From: Azolla caroliniana
Lineage: Eukaryota; Plantae; Polypodiophyta
Length of the DNA stretch: 64,000 bases
Reading direction: 5' to 3'
NCBI GenBank assembly: GCA_043228905.1
Contig: JBHGNT010000066.1
Span: 1-64,000 of the forward strand
A model generated the notes under the pieces. It did not search any database, was not told the DNA's origin, and worked only from the letters and a program-made list of their open reading frames with translations. Below are positions 54,101-64,000 of the stretch, in pieces. A program made the position numbers and the translations under genes. Each line of letters starts with the position of its first letter. The first letter of the stretch is position 1.

Positions 54101-57100
54101 AGAGACATGACGAAATTACAAAATTTGAGGAGTGAGGTTGGAAGAGCTAGTAGGTAAATTAAAATGTTCATAACTAGCGAGTGTGATATCGGATTTTTGT
54201 GTACAAACATGCGAATCGAAGCTAACAACGCTAGCTATGATATAGAATTAAAAAATCAAGATTTTGAAACTCAGGTCGAGAGACATGACGAAATTAGCAA
54301 ACATGAGGAGTGAGTTGGAAGAGCTAGTAGGTAAATTAAAATGTTCATACCTGGCGAGTGTGATATCGGATTTTTGTGTTCAAACATGCGAATCGAAGCT
54401 AACAGCGCTAGCTATGATATGGAATTAAAAAATCAAGATTTTGAAACTCAGGTCGAGAGACATGACGAAATTAGCAAACATGAGGAGGGAGTTGAGAGGA
54501 GCCCTTGAGTAAATTAAAATGTTCATACCTAGCGAGTGTGATATCGGCTTTTTGTGTACAAATATGCGAATCGAAGCTAACAACGCTAGCTATGATATGG
54601 AATTAACAAATCAAGATTTTGAAACTCAGGTCGAGAGAGATGATGAAATTAGCAAACTTGAGGAGTGAGTTGAGAGGAGCCCTTCAGTAAATTAAAATGT
54701 TCATACATGGCTCGTGTGATATCGGATTTTTGTGTACAAACATGCGAATCGAAGCTAACAAAGCTAGCTATGATATGGAATTTTAAAATCAAGATTTTGA
54801 AACTCAGGACGAGAGACATGACGAAATTAGCAAACATGAGGAGGGAGTTCAGAGGAAGCATTGAGTAAATTAAAATGTTCATACCTGGCTCGTGTGATAT
54901 CGGATTTTTGTGTTCAAACATACGAATCGAAGCTAGCAACGCTAGCTATGATATGGAATTAACAAATCAAGATTTTGAAACTCAGGTCGAGAGACATGAC
55001 GAAATTAGCAAACATGAGGAGTGAGTTGAGAGGAGCCCTTGAGTAAATTAAAATGTTCATACCTGGTGAGTGTGATATCGGATTTTTGTGTACAAACATG
55101 CGAATCGAAGCTAACAACGCTAGCTATGATATGGAATTAACAAATCAAGATTTTGAAACTCAGGTCGAGAGACATGACGGAATTAGCAAACATGAGGAGT
55201 GAGTTGAGAGGAGCCCTTGAGTAAATTAAAATGTTCATACCTAGCGAGTGTGATATCGGATTTTTGTGTACAAATATGCGAATCGAAGCTAACAACGCTA
55301 GCTATGATATGGAATTAACAAATCAAGATATTGAAACTCAGGTCGAGAGAGATGATGAAATTAGCAAACATGAGGAGGGAGTTTAGAGGAACCATTGAGT
55401 GAATTAAAATGTTCATACCTGGCTCGTGTGATATCGGATTTTTGTGTTCCAACATGCGAATCGAAGCTAACAATGCTAGCTATGATATGGAATTCAAAAA
55501 TCAAGATTTTGAAACTCAGGTCGAGAGACATGACGAAATTAGCAAACATGAGGAGTGAGTTGAGAGGAGCCCTTGAGTAAATTAAAATGTTCATACCTAG
55601 CGAGTGTGATATCGCATTTCTGTGTTCAAACATGCGATTCGAAGCTAGCAACGCTAGCTATGATATGGAATTCAAAAATCAAGATTTTGAAACTCAGGTC
55701 GAGAGACATGACGAAATTACAAAATTTGAGGAGTGAGGTTGGAAGAGCTAGTAGGTAAATTAAAATGTTCATAACTAGCGAGTGTGATATCGGATTTTTG
55801 TGTACAAACATGCGAATCGAAGCTAACAACGCTAGCTATGATATAGAATTAAAAAATCAAGATTTTGAAACTCAGGTCGAGAGACATGACGAAATTAGCA
55901 AACATGAGGAGTGAGTTGGAAGAGCTAGTAGGTAAATTAAAATGTTCATACCTGGCGAGTGTGATATCGGATTTTTGTGTTCAAACATGCGAATCGAAGC
56001 TAACAGCGCTAGCTATGATATGGAATTAAAAAATCAAGATTTTGAAACTCAGGTCGAGAGACATGACGAAATTAGCAAACATGAGGAGGGAGTTGAGAGG
56101 AGCCCTTGAGTAAATTAAAATGTTCATACCTAGCGAGTGTGATATCGGCTTTTTGTGTACAAATATGCGAATCGAAGCTAACAACGCTAGCTATGATATG
56201 GAATTAACAAATCAAGATTTTGAAACTCAGGTCGAGAGAGATGATGAAATTAGCAAACTTGAGGAGTGAGTTGAGAGGAGCCCTTCAGTAAATTAAAATG
56301 TTCATACATGGCTCGTGTGATATCGGATTTTTGTGTACAAACATGCGAATCGAAGCTAACAAAGCTAGCTATGATATGGAATTTTAAAATCAAGATTTTG
56401 AAACTCAGGACGAGAGACATGACGAAATTAGCAAACATGAGGAGGGAGTTCAGAGGAAGCATTGAGTAAATTAAAATGTTCATACCTGGCTCGTGTGATA
56501 TCGGATTTTTGTGTTCAAACATGCGAATCGAAGCTAGCAACGCTAGCTATGATATGGAATTAACAAATCAAGATTTTGAAACTCAGGTCGAGAGACATGA
56601 CGAAATTAGCAAACATGAGGAGTGAGTTGAGAGGAGCCCTTGAGTAAATTAAAATGTTCATACCTGGTGAGTGTGATATCGGATTTTTGTGTACAAACAT
56701 GCGAATCGAAGCTAACAACGCTAGCTATGATATGGAATTAACAAATCAAGATTTTGAAACTCAGGTCGAGAGACATGACGGAATTAGCAAACATGAGGAG
56801 TGAGTTGAGAGGAGCCCTTGAGTAAATTAAAATGTTCATACCTAGCGAGTGTGATATCGGATTTTTGTGTACAAATATGCGAATCGAAGCTAACAACGCT
56901 AGCTATGATATGGAATTAACAAATCAAGATATTGAAACTCAGGTCGAGAGAGATGATGAAATTAGCAAACATGAGGAGGGAGTTTAGAGGAACCATTGAG
57001 TGAATTAAAATGTTCATACCTGGCTCGTGTGATATCGGATTTTTGTGTTCCAACATGCGAATCGAAGCTAACAATGCTAGCTATGATATGGAATTCAAAA

Positions 57101-57689
57101 ATCAAGATTTTGAAACTCAGGTCGAGAGACATGACGAAATTAGCAAACATGAGGAGTGAGTTGAGAGGAGCCCTTGAGTAAATTAAAATGTTCATACCTA
57201 GCGAGTGTGATATCGCATTTCTGTGTTCAAACATGCGATTCGAAGCTAGCAACGCTAGCTATGATATGGAATTCAAAAATCAAGATTTTGAAACTCAGGT
57301 CGAGAGACATGACAAAATTACAAAATTTGAGGAGTGAGGTTGGAAGAGCTAGTAGGTAAATTAAAATGTTCATAACTAGCGAGTGTGATATCGGATTTTT
57401 GTGTACAAACATGCGAATCGAAGCTAACAACGCTAGCTATGATATAGAATTAAAAAATCAAGATTTTGAAACTCAGGTCGAGAGACATGACGAAATTAGC
57501 AAACATGAGGAGTGAGTTGGAAGAGCTAGTAGGTAAATTAAAATGTTCATACCTGGCGAGTGTGATATCGGATTTTTGTGTTCAAACATGCGAATCGAAG
57601 CTAACAACGCTAGCTATGATATGGAATTAAAAAATCAAGATTTTGAAACTCAGGTCGAGAGACATGACGAAATTAGCAAACATGAGGAG
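51188..57689. repeat. 9-monomer HOR (1601 bp = 9x178 - 1), four tandem copies
   Basis: ORF series 51447/53048/54649/56250 and 52193/53794/55395/56996 (+1601 each). Markers CAGGACGAG, GAAGCATTG and ATCGCATTTCTG occur once per unit. Confidence 0.95.
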
Positions 57690-59665
57690 TGAGTTGGAAG
57701 AGCTAGTAGGTAAATTAAAATGTTCATACCTGGCGAGTGTGATATCGGATTTTTGTGTTCAAACATGCGAATCGAAGCTAACAACGCTAGCTATGATATG
57801 GAATTAACAAATCAAGATTTTGAAACTCAGGTCGAGAGACATGACGGAATTAGCAAACATGAGGAGTGAGTTGAGAGGAGCCCTTGAGTAAATTAAAATG
57901 TTCATACCTAGCGAGTCTGATATCGGATTTTTGTGTTCAAACATGCGAATCGAAGCTAACAACGCTAGCTATGATATGGAATTAAAAAATCAAAATTTTG
58001 AAACTCAGGTCGAGAGACATGACGAAATTAGCAAACATGAGGAGTGAGTTGGAAGAGCTAGTAGGTAAATTAAAATGTTCATACCTGGCGAGTGTGATAT
58101 CGGATTTTTGTGTTCAAACATGCGAATCGAAGCTAACAACGCTAGCTATGATATGGAATTAAAAAATCAAGATTTTGAAACTCAGGTCGAGAGACATGAC
58201 GAAATTAGCAAACATGAGGAGTGAGTTGGAAGAGCTAGTAGGTAAATTAAAATGTTCATACCTGGCGAGTGTGATATCGGATTTTTGTGTTCAAACATGC
58301 GAATCGAAGCTAACAACGCTAGCTATGATATGGAATTAACAAATCAAGATTTTGAAACTCAGGTCGAGAGACATGACGGAATTAGCAAACATGAGGAGTG
58401 AGTTGAGAGGAGCCCTTGAGTAAATTAAAATGTTCATACCTAGCGAGTGTGATATCGGATTTTTGTGTACAAATATGCGAATCGAAGCTAACAACGCTAG
58501 CTATGATATGGAATTCAAAAATCAAGATTTTGAAACTCAGGTCGAGAGACATGACGAAATTACCAAATTTGAGGACTGAGTTGAGAGGAGCCCTTGAGTA
58601 AATAGAAATGTTCATACCTAGCGAGTCTGATATCGGATTTTTGTGTTCAAACATGCGAATCGAAGCTAACAACGCTAGCTATGATATGGAATTAAAAAAT
58701 CAAAATTTTGAAACTCAGGTCGAGAGACATGACGAAATTAGCAAACATGAGGAGTGAGTTGGAAGAGCTAGTAGGTAAATTAAAATGTTCATACCTGGCG
58801 AGTGTGATATCGGATTTTTGTGTTCAAACATGCGAATCGAAGCTAACCACGCTAGCTATGCTATGGAATTAAAAAATCAAGATTTTGAAACTCAGGTCGA
58901 GAGACATGACGAAATTAGCAAACATGAGGAGGGAGTTGGAAGAGCTAGTAGGTAAATTAAAATGTTCATACCTGGCGAGTGTGATATCGGATTTTTGTGT
59001 ACAAATATGCGAATCGAAGCTAACAACGCTAGCTATGATATGGAATTAACAAATCAAGATTTTGAAACTCAGATCGAGAGAGATGATGAAATTAGCAAAC
59101 TTGAGGAGTGAGTTGAGAGGAGCCCTTCAGTAAATTAAAATGTTCATACATGGCTCGTGTGACATCGGATTTTTGTGTACAAACATGCGAATCGAAGCTA
59201 ACAACGCTAGCTATGATATGGAATTAAAAAATCAAGATTTTGAAACTCAGGTCGAGAGACATGAAGAAATTAGCAAACTTGAGGAGTGAGTTTAGAGGAG
59301 CCCTTGAGTAAATTAAAATGTTCATACCTGGCGAGTGTTATATCGGATTTTTTTGTACAAACATGCGAATCGAAGCTAACAACGCTAGCTATGATATGGA
59401 ATTAAAAAATCAAGATTATGAAACTCAGGTCGAGACACATGAAGAAATTAGCAAACCTGAGGAGTGAGTTGAGACGAGCCCTTGAGTAAATTAAAATGTT
59501 CATACCTAGCGAGTGTGATATCGGATTTTTTTGTACAAACATGCGAATCGAAGCTAACAACGCTAGCTATGATATGGAATTAACAAATCAAGATATTGAA
59601 ACTCAGGTCGAGAGAGATGATGAAATTAGCAAACATGAGGAGGGAGTTTAGAGGAACCATTGAGT

Positions 59666-59740
59666 GAATTAAAATGTTCATACCTGGCTCGTGTGATATC
59701 GAATTTTTGTGTTCCAACATGCGAATCGAAGCTAGTAGGT
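59666..59740. other. Truncated 75-bp monomer (deletion of at least 103 bp), single copy
   Basis: GCGAATCGAAGCTA runs directly into GTAGGTAAATT (59721-59745). Successive (G/A)AATTAAAATG anchors are at 59666 and 59741, 75 bp apart instead of 178. Confidence 0.93.
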
Positions 59741-62700
59741 AAATTAAAATGTTCATACCTGGCGAGTGTGATATCGGATTTTTGTGTTCAAACATGCGAA
59801 TCGAAGATAACAACGCTAGCTATGATATGGAATTAAAAAATCAAGATTTTGAAACTCAGGTCGAGAGACATGACGAAATTAGCAAACATGAGGAGTGAGT
59901 TGGAAGAGCTAGTAGGTAAATTAAAATGTTCATACCTGGCGAGTGTGATATCGGATTTTTGTGTTCAAACATGCGAATCGAAGCTAACAACGCTAGCTAT
60001 GATATGGAATTAAAAAATCAAGATTTTGAAACTCAGGTCGAGAGACATGACGAAATTAGCAAACATGAGGAGTGAGTTGGAAGAGCTAGTAGGTAAATTA
60101 AAATGTTCATACCTGGCGAGTGTGATATCGGATTTTTGTGTTCAAACATGCGAATCGAAGCTAACAACGCTAGCTATGATATGGAATTAAAAAATCAAGA
60201 TTTTGAAACTCAGGTCGAGAGACATGACGAAATTAGCAAACATGAGGAGGGAGTTGAGAGGAGCCCTTCAGTAAATTAAAATGTTCATACCTAGCGAGTG
60301 TGATATCGGCTTTTTGTGTACAAATATGCGAATCGAAGCTAACAACGCTAGCTATGATATGGAGTTAACAAATCAAGATATTGAAACTCAGGTCGAGAGA
60401 GATGATGAAATTAGCAAACTTGAGGAGTGAGTTGAGAGGAGCCCTTCAGTAAATTAAAATGTTCATACATGGCTCGTGTGATATCGGATTTTTGTGTACA
60501 AACATGCGAATCGAAGCTAACAACGCTAGCTATGATATGGAATTAAAAAATCAAGATTTTGAAACTCACGTCGAGAGACATGAAGAAATTAGCAAACTTG
60601 AGGAGTGAGTTTAGAGGAGCCCTTGAGTAAATTAAAATGTTCATACCTGGTGAGTGTGATATCGGATTTTTGTGTACAAACATGCGAATCGAAGCTAACA
60701 ACGCTAGCTATGATATGGAATTAACAAATCAAGATTTTGAAACTCAGGTCGAGAGACATGACGGAATTAGCAAACATGAGGAGTGAGTTGAGAGGAGCCC
60801 TTGAGTAAATTAAAATGTTCATACCTAGCGAGTGTGATATCCGATTTTTTTGTACAAACATGCGAATCGAAGCTAACAACGCTAGCTATGATATGGAATT
60901 AACAAATCAAGATATTGAAACTCAGGTCGAGAGAAATGATGAAATTAGCAAACATGAGGAGGGAGTTTAGAGGAACCATTGAGTGAATTAAAATGTTCAT
61001 ACCTGGCTCGTGTGATATCGAATTTTTGTGTTCTAACATGCGAATCGAAGCTAACAACGCTAGCTTTGATATGGAATTCAAAAATCAAGATTTTGAAACT
61101 CAGGTCGAGAGACATGACGAAATTACAAAATTTGAGGAGTGAGGTTGGAAGAGCTAGTAGGTAAATTAAAATGTTCATACCTAGCGAGTGTGATATCGGA
61201 TTTTTGTGTACAAACATGCGAATCGAAGCTAACAACGCTAGCTATGATATAGAATTAAAAAATCAAGATTTTGAAACTCAGGTCGAGAGACATGACGAAA
61301 TTAGCAAACATGAGGAGTGAGTTGGAAGAGCTAGTAGGTAAATTAAAATGTTCATACCTGGCGAGTGTGATATCGGATTTTTGTGTTCAAACATGCGAAT
61401 CGAAGCTAACAACGCTAGCTATGATATGGAATTAAAAAATCAAGATTTTGAAACTCAGGTCGAGAGACATGACGGAATTAGCAAACACGAGGAGTGAGTT
61501 GGAAGAGCTAGTAGGTAAATTAAAATGTTCATACCTGGCGAGTGTGATATCGGATTTTTGTGTTCAAACATGCGAATCGAAGCTAACAACGCTAGCTATG
61601 ATATGGAATTAAAAAATCAAGATTTTGAAACTCAGGTCGAGAGACATGACGAAATTAGCAAACATGAGGAGTGAGTTGGAAGAGCTAGTAGGTAAATTAA
61701 AATGTTCATACCTGGCGAGTGTGATATCGGATTTTTGTGTTCAAACATGCGAATCGAAGCTAACAACCCTAGCTATGATATGGAATTAACAAATCAAGAT
61801 TTTGAAACTCAGGTCGAGAGACATGACGGAATTAGCAAACATGAGGAGTGAGTTGAGAGGAGCCCTTGAGTAAATTAAAATATTCATACCTAGCGAGTGT
61901 GATATCGGCTTTTTGTGTACAAATATGCGAATCGAAGCTAACAACGCTAGCTATGATATGGAATTAACAAATCAAGATTTTGAAACTCAGGTCGAGAGAG
62001 ATGATGAAATTAGCAAACTTGAGGAGTGAGTTGAGAGGAGCCCTTCAGTAAATTAAAATGTTCATACATGGCTCGTGTGATATCGGATTTTTGTGTACAA
62101 ACATGCGAATCGAAGCTAACAAAGCTAGCTATGATATGGAATTTGAAAATCAAGATTTTGAAACTCAGGACGAGAGACATGACGAAATTAGCAAACATGA
62201 GGAGGGAGTTCAGAGGAAGCATTGAGTAAATTAAAATGTTCATACCTGGCTCGTGTGATATCGGAGTTTTGTGTTCAAACATGCGAATCGAAGCTAGCAA
62301 CGCTAGCTATGATATGGAATTAACAAATCAAGCTTTTGAAACTCAGGTCGAGAGACATGACGAAATTAGCAAACATGAGGAGTGAGTTTAGAGGAGCCCT
62401 TGAGTAAATTAAAATGTTCATACCTGGCGAGTGTTATATCGGATTTTTTTGTACAAACATGCGAATCGAAGCTAACAACGCTAGCTATGATATGGAATTA
62501 AAAAATCAAGATTATGAAACTCAGGTCGAGACACATGAAGAAATTAGCAAACATGAGGAGAGAGTTGAGACGAGCCCTTGAGTAAATTAAAATGTTCATA
62601 CCTAGCGAGTGTGATATCGGATTTTTTTGTACAAACATGCGAATCGAAGCTAACAACGCTAGCTATGATATGGAATTAACAAATCAAGATATTGAAACTC

Positions 62701-64000
62701 AGGTCGAGAGAAATGATGAAATTAGCAAACATGAGGAGGGAGTTTAGAGGAACCATTGAGTGAATTAAAATGTTCATACCTGGCTCGTGTGATATCGAAT
62801 TTTTGTGTTCTAACATGCGAATCGAAGCTAACAACGCTAGCTATGATATGGAATTAAAAAATCAAGATTTTGAAACTCAGGTCGAGAGACATGACGAAAT
62901 TACAAAATTTGAGGAGTGAGGTTGGAAGAGCTAGTAGGTAAATTAAAATGTTCATACCTGGCGAGTGTGATATCGGATTTTTGTGTACAAATATGCGAAT
63001 CGAAGCTAACAACGCTAGCTATGCTATGGAATTAACAAATCAAGATTTTGAAACTCAGGTCGAGAGAGATGAGGAAATTAGCAAACTTGAGGAGTGAGTT
63101 GAGAGGAGCCCTTCAGTAAATTAAAATGTTCATACATGGCTCGTGTGATATCGGATTTTTGTGTACAAACATGCGAATCGAAGCTAGCAACGCTAGCTAT
63201 GATATGGAATTAACAAATCAAGATTTTGAAACTCAGGTCGAGAGACATGACGAAATTAGCAAACATGAGGAGTGAGTTGAGAGGAGCCCTTGAGTAGATT
63301 AAAATGTTCATACCTGGTGAGTGTGATATCGGATTTTTGTGTACAAACATGCGAATCGAAGCTAGCAACGCTAGCTATGATATGGAATTAACAAATCAAG
63401 ATTTTGAAACTCAGGTCGAGAGACATGACGAAATTAGCAAACATGAGGAGTGAGTTGAGAGGAGCCCTTGAGTAAATTAAAATGTTTATACCTGGCGAGT
63501 GTTATATCGGATTTTTGTGTTCAAACATGCGAATCGAAGCTAACAACGCTAGCTATGATATGGAATTAAAAAATCAAGATTTTGAAACTCAGGTCGAGAG
63601 ACATGACGAAATTAGCAAACATGAGGAGTGAGTTGGAAGAGCTAGTAGGTAAATTAAAATGTTCATACCTGGCGAGTGTGATATCGGATTTTTGTGTTCA
63701 AACATGCGAATCGAAGCTAACAACGCTAGCTATGATATGGAATTAAAAAATCAAGATTTTGAAACTCAGGTCGAGAGACATGACGGAATTAGCAAACACG
63801 AGGAGTGAGTTGAGAGGAGCCCTTGAGTAAATTAAAATGTTCATACCTAGCGAGTGTGATATCGGATTTTTGTGTTCAAACATGCGAATCGAAGCTAACA
63901 ACGCTAGCTATGATATGGAATTAAAAAATCAAGATTTTGAAACTCAGGTCGAGAGACATGACGGAATTAGCAAACACGAGGAGTGAGTTGAGAGGAGCCC

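Larger units (their letters stand above)
1..64000. repeat. Tandem satellite DNA array, ~178-bp monomer (177-bp variant common), ~360 copies, single orientation, running off both window ends
   Basis: AGCTATGATATGGAATT starts at 1 and recurs at 179, and the same unit continues to 64000. Approximate consensus: AGCTATGATATGGAATTMAMAAATCAAGATTTTGAAACTCAGGTCGAGAGACATGACGAAATTAGCAAACATGAGGAGTGAGTTGAGAGGAGCCCTTGAGTAAATTAAAATGTTCATACCTRGCGAGTGTGATATCGGATTTTTGTGTTCAAACATGCGAATCGAAGCTAACAACGCT. ORF-track starts are spaced by multiples of 178 (630, 808, 1164, 1342...). No non-satellite sequence seen. Confidence 0.99.

Noticed and set aside
630-61164. Dozens of 61-aa plus-strand ORFs (MSKLKCSYLASVISDF...)
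   Set aside because: They mostly start at TTG and span about one monomer. 178 is not a multiple of 3, so the frame closes in the next unit. They vanish whenever the common TTAA allele creates a stop. No RBS or promoter context and no recognisable domain: artefacts of the repeat.
683-62300. 67-97-aa minus-strand ORFs (MLASIRMFEHKNPISH...) and the longer 93-102 aa ORFs
   Set aside because: Same repeat read on the other strand. Length changes track single SNPs or deletions that remove stops, and there is no sign of codon-level constraint.
1-64000. CRISPR array or a repeat/variable-cassette diversity system
   Set aside because: There are no unique spacers. The variable segment has only a few related alleles, the unit is 178 bp, and there are no cas, recombinase or reverse-transcriptase genes in the window.
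1-64000. Strand inversions, telomeric repeats or embedded retrotransposon fragments
   Set aside because: Every line read matched the monomer in the same orientation. No reverse-complement monomers, telomere motifs or foreign sequence were seen.

Overview
The whole 64-kb window is one uninterrupted head-to-tail tandem satellite DNA array, almost certainly eukaryotic heterochromatin (centromeric or pericentromeric is plausible but unproven). It has about 360 monomers, all in the same orientation, of 178 bp with a common 177-bp variant. Monomer 1 is ~38% GC by hand count. I found no genes, RNA genes, transposon insertions, inversions or CRISPR spacers, and every ORF in the track is a by-product of the repeat. 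The real information is in the variant pattern: (i) a homogeneous left domain (1-~9300) with a 23-monomer (4094 bp) duplication; (ii) a more diverse right domain made of successive local higher-order repeats (HORs) with periods of 534, 1145, 2667, 4983/4620, 1250/1606, 532 and 1601 bp; (iii) two independent truncated monomers with microhomology-type junctions; (iv) a 7-bp micro-duplication with a discordant distribution; (v) a conserved ancestral monomer order that reappears across the array; (vi) recurrent CpG transitions; (vii) dyad symmetry in the monomer. I cannot identify the species or satellite family from memory, and I see no evidence for a new protein-coding system.
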